Part shown: positions 49,855 to 63,700 of the stretch, in pieces
Layout of the letters: every line of letters starts with the position of its first letter
How positions within the stretch are numbered: position 1 is the first letter of the stretch
Notes under the pieces: model-generated
Told to the model about the DNA's origin: nothing
Databases searched by the model: none
Seen by the model: the letters and a program-made list of their open reading frames with translations, nothing else
NCBI RefSeq assembly: GCF_006345805.1
Contig: NC_043008.1
Span: 78,864,001-78,928,000, forward strand
Length of the DNA: 64,000 bases
Source of the DNA: Octopus sinensis
Lineage: Eukaryota
Reading direction: 5' to 3'
Program-made: the position numbers and the translations under genes

Positions 49855-52848
49855 AAATCCCGTTCCTGAGAGATTTTGTTGCATGCAATCAAGCCTTATG
49901 CATAGCACTAATGGAAACGCACCTGAAACCGGATATAGCAGATGCGGAGTTACACATACCACAGTATGCTGTACTACGGACCGACAAGAAAGAAAGGAGT
50001 CATGGAGGTGTTGCTATGTACATCCGTGAGGACCTCACACCCCAGGTCCTCTTGTCATACTCAAACTCGGTGTGTGACACACTAATTGTACATATTAGGC
50101 AACTTGATGTAGTTGTGTGTGCTACATATCGCCCTCCAGATGCCCCAAGCCATGTGGGCAAGTTTGAAGACTGCCTTATAAAAATAGAAGAAGTTCTAAC
50201 CACATTAGAACAACACATAAGTGTACTTCTTATGGGAGACTTCAATCTGCCCAATGTCAGATGGCCCGAGGGCCTTTCTCTCCCAGGAATGACAAGATGT
50301 GAACGAGGACAGGCGAGGTCCCTCCTGAACCTCATCAACACCCTGTACATGGAACAGGTAATACTCCAACCAACCAGAGCAGGTAACACACTGGATCTCT
50401 GCTTCACAAATGACATGGATCTCATCCATAATGTGAAAGTGACACCGACACTACTCTCGGATCACAACATGATAGAGCTGACCATGTACGGGCCAAAAGA
50501 GAGCACGGACATGCAGCCTACAAGAAACCCCCAGAATCTTTCCAGCTTGAACTACCATAAGGCAAACAGGAAACAAATTGAGAAAGAGATCCTCAAACAA
50601 AACTGGCCTAAATGTCTCTCCTCAACAGACATCGACGTGAAACTTCAACAATTCATGTCTGTAATGCAAGCCATATGCTACAAATGTGTCCCAGAGAGAA
50701 AGGCCACTGTACACAAGAACAAAATCCCTAGAGAGAGGAAAATTTTAATGAGACGGCGTACAAAATTTTCAAATCGCCTAAACAAACAGATTGAAAGCAG
50801 TGAAAAGTCCCGCCTAAAAATAAAACTGTTGGAAATCGAAAAATGTCTGCAACTCTCCCATGAAAAGGAAAGAGCAGACAAAGAAGCCTGGGCTATAGAC
50901 AACATAAAATCTAACCCCAGAGCTTTCTACAGATATGCCAAAGAAACAGCTACGGTGCACTGTAGAATAGGGCCACTCCTCGAAAAGGATGGCACACTTA
51001 CAGGAAAACCAATGAGGGTAAGTGAAATACTGAATGAGCAATTCAAGAGTGTTTTCACTCCACCCCTTGGGCATCTCCAAATCACCAATCCAACTGACTT
51101 TTTTACCACTGCAGATATAAAATCAGAGGCGGCGACGATAGATTACATCGATATAAAGAAAGATGATGTAATAAAGACTATAGATGAAATGAAAACAGAC
51201 TCAGCTACTGGCCCCGATGGATTCCCGGCAATCCTCCTAAAAGTATGTAAGAGAGTCCTAGCAAGACCACTGCAGTTCCTCTTTCAGAGCTTCCTTGCAG
51301 CTGGCAAACTTCCAAGAAAGCTGAAGGAAGGTAAAATATGCCCCATTCATAAAGGAGGTAGCAGAGCGGAAGCCAAGAACTATAGACCTATCTCTCTGAC
51401 CTCACACATCAGCAAGGTCATGGAACGAATAGCCAGAAGGAAGCTGATCACCTTCCTTGAAGAGAATGACTTGCTGCCCGACACCCAACATGGTTTCCGA
51501 CCAGGGAGAAGCTGTTTAACTCAGCTCCTACAACACTATGACTGGGTGCTGAAACGGCTGCTCAACCACTCAAATGTGGAAGTGATATATCTCGACTTTG
51601 CAAAGGCCTTTGATAAAGTCGATCATGGAATGATATGTCACAAACTGCATGATCTCAACATAGTTGGAAAACTGGGAGAATGGCTTCATGACTTTCTGAA
51701 AGATAGAAGTCAGGTGGTAGTGGCCAATGGGGCCACTTCCATTAACACGCAAATAGTGAGCGGTGTTCCACAGGGCACTGTTCTGGGACCACTACTGTTC
51801 ATAATGGCCCTCTCAGACATGCCCTCAGCCACGCAGAGAGCCACGATCACAAGTTATGCAGATGATACAAAAGTTTCACAGGCAATACAGAACCCTGAGG
51901 ACACTAAACACCTGCAATGTGAGCTAGACAAAATATACAAGTGGGCCGAAAAGAATAGCATGCAGTTCAATGCTGAAAAGTTTCAAGCTCTATACTATCA
52001 GCATGCAAAACTAAATGCAATACCCAATGAATACACTGGACCCGGAGGAATAGCAATCCCAGAGGCACAATCAGTGCATGACCTAGGTATTTACATGAGT
52101 GATGACGCGACCTTTCGTGTACATGTTGCTAAATGTAGACGACTGGCCGGATGGATCCTCAGAACCTTTAGAACAATAGAACAAGAAACCATGATGGTCC
52201 TCTGGAGGACACTTGTCCTAAGCCACTTTGACTACTGCTCTCAGTTATGGTCACCATCCAGTGTCAAGTTGATCACAGAGCTCGAGGCGATCCAACGTAG
52301 CTACATGAAGAAGATAGCCTCTATGCAGAATGTAAGCTACTGGGAAAGACTCAAGAGATTAAAACTATATTCCCTGGAGCGTAGGCGGGAAAGATATGCC
52401 ATAATATACATCTGGAAGATCCTGGAGGGAAGTGTCCTGAACTTTGGCATCGAGAGTTACGCAAATGCCAGAACTGGGCGCCACTGCGTGGTGCCTAGGA
52501 CTCCAAACTTGCCATCAAGATGTAGGACAACATTCTGTGATAGCCTGGGCTTCCGAGGCCCACAGCTCTTCAATATCCTCCCGAAGAACCTGAGAGACCT
52601 GCATGGGGTGGATACAGATGTCTTTAAAATGAAGCTGGATCTCTTCCTGTCAGGTGTCCCAGATGAACCAACTTCACGGCAGGAGGGGCAGATGAGGGCA
52701 GCTGCATCGAACTCTCTCATGCACCAAATAGCAGTTGCTAGAAAGCCTTCATGAAGTGAAACCAAGTAGCAACACCAAATGGCGGTGCCCCAGCATGGCC
52801 ACAGCTCATAAGCTGAAACTAGAATCAATCAATCAATCAATCAATCAA
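49855..52848 (+). mobile_element. CR1-group LINE ORF2 (APE + RT), 947-aa uninterrupted ORF 49911-52754, (AATC)n tail
   Basis: ETH, GDFNLP, LDLCFTN, SDHN (APE); NYRPISLTS, QHGFRPGRSC, LDFAKAFDKVDH, GVPQGTVLGP, YADDTK (RT); tail stem-loop CAGCT-cata-AGCTG. Confidence 0.95.
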
Positions 52849-52869
52849 TATATATATATATACATATAT

Positions 52870-53330
<461 letters not shown>

Positions 53331-53957
53331 ATACTGGAGTAAGCACATAAATGTGAAACAAGGTGGAAAAAAGAGTATTCAAATACCAGAGGTAGAGTAA
53401 TATGCTGTATTTAAAAGCAGCAGAAATATAACAAAAGCTGTTTTCCCTACCCGTTTGATGGATAGCTTTGTTAAAATAGAACAGAAATAACGATATGATC
53501 AAAACTAGTTAAAGGATACACCTCTAAAAATAGATTTGTTTCATTGGTCCTTTCAATTAACGATCTTAAACATGCAATGAACAAAATAAACAAAATAAAT
53601 GAATTCAATATAAATTCATTCTATTATAAAAATCGATGATAACCTTAAATCGAAGAGTGGATTCAAAATACATATTGTAAATAATTATATACGAAATATA
53701 ATTCAATTGATACATTAAAAATTAAAATTTTCATGCTGCATTACATAAATATTTTACAACAGTATATACGCATACTAAACCATCAATATACATATATACA
53801 TCAAAATACACAGATGGATGTACACAGACTACATACATATACAAACATATATATGTAAGACATAAATATACACACAAATACACATATACACATGTATACA
53901 TATGTACACAATCATGCTCGCATGCAAAAATCACTTGGTGTATACATATAGAAGTTA

Positions 53958-55525
53958 CTAGCAGTATAGCCCAGCTTTGCTCGGGATTAAGTCAGGATTA
54001 TTAAGCTAATCAAGCTCTTTATTTCAAAGCAAACTAAGTAACATCGACATCAAATTTGAGTGAAATCCGTTGAAATTGGTAAACTTTTGGGTGAAATTTT
54101 GCAGACAATTTGATTGGGAAATCCCATAAGGAATTGGTTTATCGGTTTTTTCCACTCATCGATTTTTTTTTTTTTTCATTTTTGGAGAACTTAAAGCATC
54201 CTAAGTAATGCTGGCATCAAGTTTGAACAAAATACATCAAAATTGGTAGACGTTATGGTTGAAAATTGGGTGTAACATCTATATTTATACTTTAAAGTTG
54301 GTTTTCATACCCAACCCAGTTCTGCAGAATCAATGTCACGACGGGAGCGCATGGGTTGGGAGTTTGATTGGCAGAGGTGATCAGGTTGCATATGCCAACC
54401 CTTTTGAAAACACCAACCCCATCATGTAACCCCACTTTGCCCATGGGTTGAGAACCCTTTCAGCAAGGAAAATAGAATGCCCAAAAGGGCCCCCGATCCT
54501 CTGTGTGAGAAGCGGTTATGTTCAGATCACAACTAAGTGTACATATATATGGGCAACACACACACACAGAAACATATACGTACATACACCTATTGTATAC
54601 ATGTTTTTGCACACCTTTGCCCCTGCCACTGTCACACCACCACCTCCTAACCAAGTAACACCATCAATTGAAGCAAATTTGGCACCCGGAAATGTAACAG
54701 GAATAGAGAAGCCTACCTTCTCCTGCAGAGATGTGAGAGTCATATCTCTCCTTTCGAAAACATGAACAGTTTCAAAACTGTGTTTACAAAATAATAGCTG
54801 ATCATTTGCGAAGGAGCGTGTCTACAGTCAACACATAGGTCTTTTGCTCTCATAACCTCTGCTCTCTCCCATGTTCATGCACAACCAGCTATATATCGCT
54901 ATGGGTAGAGCAACAGATTCAGCTAATTTGGAAATTAGTTGTGGAGAAACGGAGAATATCGTTTATATTGTGTATATATATATATATGCGGGCAACACAC
55001 ACACACACACATTGCATACATGTGTTTTGTACGCATACATGCTCGTGTGTGTGTGTGACTGAAGCCATTCACACATATATACATACATACATACATACAT
55101 ACATACATAACAACACCTGTCTGTCTGTTTTTGCCTGTCAATCACTCACTAAAAAGACGAAATTTAAAAAATTTCTTATCACTCTCTCTCTCCCTCTCCC
55201 TCTCTCTCTCTCCCTCTCTCTCTCTCTCCCTCTCTCTCTCTCTCCTTTTCCCTTCCTCTCTTTACACCATTGCTAGGAGGGTACTTAACTCATGTTTGGT
55301 TTGTAAACAATGGTGGATTTCTCCGCCATAAAAATTGTTAGAAGTTATGGCTCAAAATTATTTACCACTATTCGCAGGTGCCTCGGGGGAAAATAATTTG
55401 ATGAAAATACAGCTAGGGTCATGACAAATGTCCTCCTAAAATTTGAGCGACATGTGTGCTAATTTGTGGATGTGCATAAACTACATTCACATACACACAC
55501 ACATCCTGCCTTATATATATACAGA
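53958..55525 (-). mobile_element. Non-autonomous Helitron
   Basis: Minus strand starts A|TCTGTATATATATAAGG and ends with hairpin CCCGAGCAAAGCTGGG then CTATACTGCTAG|T. Confidence 0.7.
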
Positions 55526-56299
55526 TAACAGACAAGCTAGATGAGAAGTAAATTTTAAAATGTAGGGAGGGGAAAAGAAAAATGTAGGTGGAAAGAAAAC
55601 GTAGGGAGGGGGAAAGATGTAACAGTTAGAGGTGAGTGAGAGGAGGGGAAGGAGTGCAGAGTTAAAGGACTCTATACAAGTAACGAATAGGGAGAGAAAA
55701 GATACTTTCCATAAAGAAAGGAAAAGAAAGAAAGATAGATTGCTGAATATGTGTAACGAACGTACAAAAAATAAAATTACATATACATGTGTATGCAAAA
55801 GTGTATATTAGCATAAATACACATATAAGATAACATATATAAATATATGGAAATATGCACATTAATACATATCCACACAAATATAAGTGAATACATGCAT
55901 ACATATACATCCATGCATGTATGTGCACAAGTATAAACATACACGCTTACTTACACATATACATATACGCATACATACGAATACATATGCATGCCAACAA
56001 TACAAACATCCACATAAAAATGTATCTAGGTCCTGATGTATATATACAAACAACAGTTTTCTAAAAATTGCTGAGTGCATGATAATAAAATTTGGATAAA
56101 AGACATGCAGAATAGAACACCCTATATCAAATTATCTATAAATTAAATGATTAAAATGGATTTATAAAGTACAATAAAATGAAATAAAACAAAATAAAAG
56201 TAGAATCTTAAACAAGAAAATAATATATGCATAAAACAGTCAAAGGTTTCAGATTGATTGCAAACAACCACGTTCTCATTGCAGACATATTTTTGTGGC

Positions 56300-56700
56300 A
56301 GAATGGTTAACTTTTCTGCTATAAACTCTCAGATGACTTCCTATTGCAGATGGATTGAGAAGAAGACCTGTGAAATGCTCTATCCATCACTTCAGATTAT
56401 CTTCTGCATCACTGATTAAAGTGGGCCCATCATTGAAACAGAAAGGAGCAGTAGTTGATTGGCAGGGAACAAAAATCTGTTTTAATATGTTGTACATTGT
56501 TTTGGAGCCAAAGGCCAGTTGAATATGTAAAGATATGCTCAACTACCATGCATTCTTTAAAGTCTTTAGCTCTCTCTGTAAAGTTGCTTTATGGCACTTC
56601 AACAGTTACTCTGCATTTCCAAGTAAATTAGGACCAAGAAATTTCTGGTGTGATTTATACTTGATGCCAATTTTTTCCGTCTTTTGAACTCTGCTCATTC
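56300..56700 (-). mobile_element. Degenerate RTE-like LINE fragment
   Basis: Reverse complement reads LISDAEDNLK*WIEHFTGLL, resembling the RTE linker region. Confidence 0.4.
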
Positions 56701-57002
56701 ATAATATTATATTACACAGTTATATTTCTTCTTCCTGTTTTATCCCCTGTTTCCTTTTTTCTATACCTCATACAAAACATTTTGATACATTTCCTTCATA
56801 ATTACATTTAATGCAATTGCCATCCTGTTTACATGTTTCATAACAGTTCGAACTTTCATAATGACTATTATCTTCTGAAACTATCAATTAAAAGTGTGAA
56901 ATCAAATTTAATGCCCTGCTCAATAAAAAATTGACTCAAAAATAATTCCATGTAAATTGAAACTTATTCACATTTTTAATGCAAAACAGAAACATAACTT
57001 AC

Positions 57003-57136
57003 TTGTATCTAATTCTTCATATGAAACAGTCAAAGAAAATATAAGGGCAACCAGAACTATACAACTAAAAATGACAGCCTGAATTGTACGCTTTTCTCTT
57101 CGGGATCGGGTTGCCCACCATCCATAGTTAATGAAT
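57003..57136 (-). CDS. Exon of M13 peptidase encoding the cytoplasmic/TM junction: FINYGWWATRSRREKRTIQAVIFSCIVLVALIFSLTVSYEELDT
   Basis: TTTTACAG acceptor, CAA|GTAAGT donor; 134 nt, phase 2 to 1; basic residues then a ~20-aa hydrophobic helix; WW-x-x-R-S/T-x-x-EK resembles NEP/ECE juxtamembrane regions. Confidence 0.8.
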
Positions 57137-57819
57137 CTGTAAAAATAAAATAACATATTCACTATAAAATTGACTGATGTAATATTTTGTGAGTAATTCA
57201 ACATTAAACCAATAAAAATATTTGGGAAAATAATTCAATATTTACAATTTTGATGAAACTAGATATTCTATTATCCATCTCTTGAACACTTATCTCTATG
57301 CCACTCATCTCTTCTTTTATCTCTCACTGTATTATGTTACTGGTACAGCTAATGCGCTCTGCACCTCATTACAACATGCTTCCAGTGTCACTGGATTTCT
57401 GCAATCTTCTCATCTCTCCAATACTCAACCTCTCTCATTATATCACCACACCTTTCTCATCTATTATCAAGTATATGTACAAGGGATTGCATCACGTCTA
57501 CATGCAACCCATACACTCTAGCATTACTCTTATACTTCCACTCATCACTTCCTTGCAGTGCCACTCATTATTGACCCTCCTCATTCCCTCTTTTCCATTT
57601 ATTTACCTCATATATAACTATTCATCAATCCCTCTTACCCTTTTACCACCCAATCTGTTTTTATTATCACATTCTTGCTCTGTTCACCTACTTACCCTAA
57701 TTTTTCTGTCTAGCTATGTAACTGAGTAAATGAACATGTCCCTGAAAGATGAGGTATCTTTGATTTTACAGGGTACAAGGCAAATCCCACTAAAAGTGGT
57801 GTCATTATTAAATCCTTCC

Positions 57820-58110
57820 AAGACACTTTGTAAAGTAGTTGGTGAATGAGCAGACATGAAGTCAAGAGTAACCTTTAGCCTTGTCAAGGACACAACAATT
57901 TCTCTGATACTGGTATCACAATGAAATATACTTGTACATTCAGTAAAGTGGTTGGTGCTAGAAAAGGTATCTGATCGTTGAAACCATGACAAAATTAAAA
58001 TGTACAAGTGAAACATGGTCCTCTCACTTGTCCTAGAAGGACAGTAACTTTGAATAAGAACTGATTTGCATGATTTGTCTAAGCCATGCCAACATGGAAA
58101 TAGGAAATAA
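57820..58110 (+). mobile_element. Very degenerate RTE-family 3' tail
   Basis: AAAGTGGTTGGTGCTAGAAAAGGTATC...CCATGCCAACATGGAAA. Confidence 0.4.
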
Positions 58111-58289
58111 GATGACGAAAAGGAGGAGGAGAGACTAGTGACAATGATAATTACTTCTTATAGTGATATGAAGCCACAAATTTATTAAAGCAGAGGGAAT
58201 TTAATTGTATCCACTACATAATTACTAGTACTACTTGAAGAGACAAATGTAAGGTGAAGCTCTGTAGAACTAGAAATGAGAATATAATA

Positions 58290-58380
58290 AAGCTAGTGTT
58301 GAGTTTTGGGACACAAAAATTAAGTTTCCTGGAGGCAGAATAGTGACAGTTGTTTTACAAACCCACATCATCCCACACTG
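58290..58380 (+). mobile_element. Penelope-like RT fragment
   Basis: Near-duplicate of 48105-48190 (AAGCTAGTGTTGAG...CACATCATCCCACA). Confidence 0.5.
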
Positions 58381-58889
58381 TAATACATTTAATGTAATAT
58401 AGTATACAGATTCTTCTCACATGCAGGCAGCCACCAATATAAGTAAAATCAGTAAAAATAAAAGGAGACATACTAACAAGCTATTCACTGAAGATACTCA
58501 AAACAAGTGATACATGCAAAATATAAAAGTAAAGAGTAACAAAGATACTAAATGTGTAGAGAATAGCTTTGAGAAGACTTTGCTGCAGTTGATTTTCATG
58601 ATGTATACAATACCATAATCAATTAAATATGGATGGATTCATGTGCAGAATTAATGCACATTATTGTACTAAGCAACACTAGCTTTTCTAAAGTGCATGC
58701 AAGCAAATTACAGATTATAAATTAAGAATTCAAAATGAATCATTCTCTATTCTATTATTTTATACTACACTTGGAAATCTGTAGAAGTGAACTTTTAATT
58801 TACTAAATGAACAGGAATACAAACATATTTGTATGCACTACATAGCTCCCAATGATTATCACTAGCCAACAAAATATTTTCTTTCATTG

Positions 58890-60330
58890 ATAATAACAAT
58901 TGGTATTACCTAATTTGAGTATGCTGAATTTATTATATGAAGTTTTTTTTTTCTGTAAGCTCTAGATTTTTTGCAATTAAGGTTTTTTATATTTTCCAAA
59001 TTTCAAATATTTCTTAAGATATGATATAATCTATCTCATAATTTTCTAGTTATGCTATCTTCAAACTAGATGGAAAAGAACAAATATCTATGCATTGAGA
59101 TTCTAACTTCATTCATATTTATGAGTTAGTACACCACAATAATAATTAGGCAATAAATATAATATTTCTTATTTGAATTCTGAGTAAAATAAATGTTATC
59201 ATGTGCTAGTTTTTTTGGCCATCTGCTTTTCAGTTGAAAATATATATCATATATATAAAACTGTAGTTGTGTGAGTGTCTGTCCCCTTCGATTTAGATTC
59301 CTAACTACTCCCACATTTTGCAGTGCAGTTTAACCAAATTCGGGTATCTTATAGTCGTGATTCATATCAAGCCCGTCTGAGTATTAGCGCACGTCTATGA
59401 TGAGTCTACGATTTAAAAAATAATTTAACATCATTTTTTATTCCATTTTAATGCATAATTTTTCGTGTGTCGATGGCGGCGGAGTTGGCGTCCATGGTCA
59501 CACCTGCACCTGTTTGCTTCTCCCCTTCTTCCCTCCCTCGTGAAGCTGTGGGGAAGGGAGTGTAAGGAAATCAACGTCGTAAAGCGTTGTCAAGGAGACC
59601 AGCGTTCTTTTAGAACAACGACTTCATGGCTTGAAGACACCAAAACAGAAATGGCTAAGAAAACCCGAATTGGCATCTATAAGGGAACTAACTCTCTAAA
59701 AATGCTTATATAGTTATTTCCCTTACAAACCCGAGCAACGCCGGGCGATACTGCTAGTATCATATATAAACGATAGGTGTACATAGTTGAGAAACGGATT
59801 AGGATGGAAGACAAAACACTAACAGATCTTATTCAGGCAAGAATTTATACTTGGAGCTGTTGTGTTTGTAGACTTTCTCAGGGAAATCTCATTTAATGTT
59901 CCAGCAGTAGTCTGCCATCATGTTTTTGTCCCATCGCCCTTGATGATGCTCTTCCATGATTGGCAGAACTTCACTTTAATACTGACTGCACACACACAAA
60001 ATCAGCGGGCCAACCATATCTTTCGATTACCACCAAAAATTACTGCTAGCTGATATTTTTCCAACAGATTGCTGACAAATGAGACAATTAGTCACTGCTG
60101 CTATAATATCAATTTGTTTGCTTCCTCTACCAAACTTTCAACTGAGAGATGTCTTAGTCAACTGAATTAGAGAGCTATAAACAGAAGGCTGTCTTCACCC
60201 ATTAAGGTAGTTTATTTCAGTAATATTTTGAATACTTTAAGGATTGCAAATGTAGATTTGTCCACACATCCTTTTCTCCATCTCATTCTTTCACTTTGAC
60301 AACTATACATTTTATAAGCAACGTTTTGAT
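58890..60330 (-). mobile_element. DNA transposon remnant (transposase C-terminus, superfamily not assigned), interrupted by a Helitron
   Basis: Reverse complement of ~59860-59965 reads IMEEHHQGRWDKNMMADYCWNIK*D, matching a ME-x-RYQGRW...MADYCW motif I recognise from animal DNA transposases; boundaries uncertain. Confidence 0.45.
59247..59757 (+). mobile_element. Non-autonomous Helitron (511 bp)
   Basis: A|TCATATATATAAAA start; hairpin CCCGAGCAACGCCGGG then CGATACTGCTAG|T end; A-T target. Confidence 0.85.
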
Positions 60331-60465
60331 GGAATAAATGTATTTTAATTGGATCAATGTAATGTTGTAATGTTTAGTCAACAATTTCATCTGACATCAA
60401 CCAACTACACCACTAAAGTCATCTGCTTTTCTGTTTCCAAGAAAAATTTTATGACTGCTATGAAT

Positions 60466-60748
60466 TGTGGGATGATGTTAGCAGCTGGGGAGCTGACAGG
60501 AACTTGGGTGCTGACCAGAAGAGGAAGGGCACAGGAGTGACATGTGCGCAGGCAGTGGACAATTGGTCCTTTTCAATCGGGATAGCCGACAGTGCTGGAT
60601 GTGTGAGCACTTCAACAAAGTGAGGGAAAAGCAGCTGCTATTTTTAGCATTCAGGTCGGTCCATGTGGAAGGATGCGTTACCACCGGCAAGGTCTGTGTC
60701 GACGAAGAGAAGGTAGGTGTCTAACTTCAATCTCCCGCATACACCACA
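60466..60748 (+). repeat. 5' LTR (283 bp)
   Basis: TG...CA; its end CATACACCACA matches the end CATACCACA of the 3' LTR of the other Gypsy. Confidence 0.7.
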
Positions 60749-60760
60749 AGCTATTTCGGC
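60749..60760 (+). promoter_or_regulatory. Putative non-canonical primer-binding site AGCTATTTCGGC
   Basis: Abuts the LTR end; reverse complement of GCCGAAATAGCT, the 5' end of metazoan tRNA-Phe(GAA) as I recall it; 10/12 conserved at 35061-35072. Confidence 0.55.
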
Positions 60761-63700
60761 ACTCCACATAAGATGACACCACAATGGCAGCTAAAATCAG
60801 GATCACCAGTGATGTTATCAGACCCTTTAATGGTGAGGGCGATGTAGTGGCCTGAATGCGTAAAATCAGGCTTGTGGTGAGATTGCAAGGCATTAGCGAC
60901 GTGGCGAGCCTTATGGCACTATATTTGGAAGGAAGAGAGTTGACTCTATATTTCAAGATGGACGACTGAACAAAGAGAAGATTGAGCGACGTCTGAGAGA
61001 GGCTTACACCAAGTGTGAATATACAGCCTTTGTTAATCTGGGCATAATTAGATGGATGAGAGAGCAGGTGGATGTATACATGGCGGAGGTGTGTAGGTTG
61101 GCCACACTGGCTGGGTTAACGAGAGAAGGCTGGACAGAGCAGTGCAACTGGCGTTCGTAAGTGGGTTACCTGACAATATAGGGATTCAACTGCAACAATT
61201 GCCCAGAAGCAAAAAGATGGCACTGAGCAAACTTGTGACTTAAGTCCTTGTGTTGACGTGAAACACTGGATGGAAGGCAATAGCGATGGCAGTAACAGAG
61301 GTGCATAAAGACGGCCGACGGCCGGAGAAAGATGCGAAGAAGCTTACTGTACAACGACAGCAGCTGTTCTCAGGCTGGTATTTTAAATGTAGGGGTCACA
61401 CATGGTGAGGGAGTGTACACAACCGGGGTCCGTCTGCTATCGATGCAAGAAAACAGGGCACATCGCCCATGATTGCGACCAGGGAAACGACCGTAGGGAA
61501 GTTGCTGCCTCTTGAGCTTTCCCTGCAAACGAGTAGAGGTGCTTTTGGAGATGCTGCCCTTAATTGATGTTGAGGCTGAGGGAAGACATTCAATGCCCTT
61601 GTGTATACGGGTTGCACAACCACCATCGTAACTTCAAGGGACTGCACCGCTTACACCATTGAGGGCAAGGATTTTCAGACGGCGTTTGATGGTCAGCAGT
61701 GCATGATAGAATGGCGATGGAAAGACAAGACCCCGATGCTGAAGAACAGGGTGAGCTGCTACCAGCGTACCCAGAAAGGCCACGCCAGGATCGAGGTCGA
61801 AGATGAGGTAGAGAGTTGGGTCAAAGAAAGAGTCCTTGTCTTGTGGGAGGAGGAGGTAGTGGGCAGAGTGCTACCGCTGATGGCAGAGGTGCAGCTAACG
61901 AAGGGAAAAGTCAGACCGGTGCTGGACTTTAGAGAGCTAAACGAGCATATATTGTGCCACATGGGAGGCAAGGCGATGGACGTTTGTGGTGAGTCGTTAT
62001 GTGTGTGGAGACAGTCGATCAAGGCAGCGACGATTGTAGACTTGAAATCGGCATACTCGCAGTTCCATGTGTGTGACAAACTGTGGCGATATCAGCAGGT
62101 GTGGTACAAGGGCCGGATGTACTGTTTAACAGGCTGGTTTTCGGACTGAATTCCACTCCAAAGATCATGGCGGCAGTGCTTAAGTCCATCCTAAGGAAAG
62201 AGGACAAGATAAGAAAGGCCACCAGTTCCTACATAGATGACATTTTCGTGGATGAAACTGTAGTGCCAGCCAACAAGGTAGTGAGACATCTGGAGAAGTT
62301 CGGGCTGATTGCGAAGTCACCAGATTCAATAGAAGGGGGAGCTGCAATGGGGCTGAAGCTGCGAAGAGATAGATCAGGTGAGTTGGTGTTCAGGAGAGGG
62401 AATGAAATCCCAGAGCTGAGTTCCAGCATCAGCAGGAGAGAGCTGTTCTCGGTGTGAGGGAAGTTGGTCAGTCACTACCTGATCGCTGGATGGCTATGCA
62501 CAGCGTGCAATTACACCAAGAGATGAGCGGTGGGGGAGAGTTAGGGCAACAAGGTGGCAGAAGGGACAGTGGCGATGATGCAGGAAATCTTAGAGAGGAC
62601 GAGAGCGGAAGACCCGGTCAGGGGGAACAGATATGTGCCCAAGACAGAATGCGGGACTGTCTGGTGTGATGCTAGCAGTATAGCGATAGAGGTTGTGTTG
62701 GAGATCGAAGGCACCGAGGTGGAGGACGCAGCCTGGTTTCGGAAAGCAGATGACTTTAACCACATCAATGTCACCGAATTAGACATGGTGCTGAAGGGGG
62801 TGAACTTGGCCCTGAAATGGGGGCTGCGCTCAATCAAAATCTGAATGGATTCAGCCACTGTGCTTGGCTGGGTAGGATCGGTGATCACCGGTGAAAGGAG
62901 AGTTCGAACGAAAGGTGCCCCGGAGATGTCTAGGAGTTCTAGGAGAATTGATTGCCAAGTTTTGACTGAAGCTGAACGTGGTTTTCATGCCTTCGGAGAA
63001 AAACAGGGCAGACGCACTGACCAGGGTGAAAAGGGTGTGGTTGGAAGAGCTAGAGGAGGCAAAGAAAGGGATAGCTATGGTGTGTTAGTTGGATGACTCC
63101 AAACTAAGAGACTGCATGCTATGCATCACTTGGGTGTGGACAGGACTCTGTATCTCGTGAAGATGATTGATGCTGATGTCACTCGGAGAAGCATCCGGAA
63201 AGTGGTCGGGAGCTGTGACAGGTGCAAGTCCATTGACCCTGCTCCATGTCGGCATGAGCAAGGAAACCTTTTGGTGGAGCACAACTGGAAGAGACTAGCT
63301 GTGGATGTGACGCATTACCGTCAGGGAATGTATCTCTCCATGGTCGACTGTGGGCCAGCTGGCCATTTGGAGGGAGCTGAGGACGGGCATTGCTGACAAG
63401 ATTGAGCGGATTTTGAACAGGATATTTTTAGAGAGGGGTCCCGTGGAAGAACTGCTAATGGATAAAGGGGTGGCATTTCGTTCAGAAGCGTTGAGGGATA
63501 TGCTCGACCGGTGGAAAGTGCATCGCTTATTCAGAGCAGCATATAGGCTGAGTGGTAATGGAATCATAGAGAGGCACCATTGGATAGTCAAGGCCATAGC
63601 AGAAAGAGGGCACATTTTTCCACTGGAGGCAGTTTTCTGGTACAACATGTCTCCCCGATCCAGACAAGCCGAAGAATCTGTGCCACACAGAGCGCTATTT

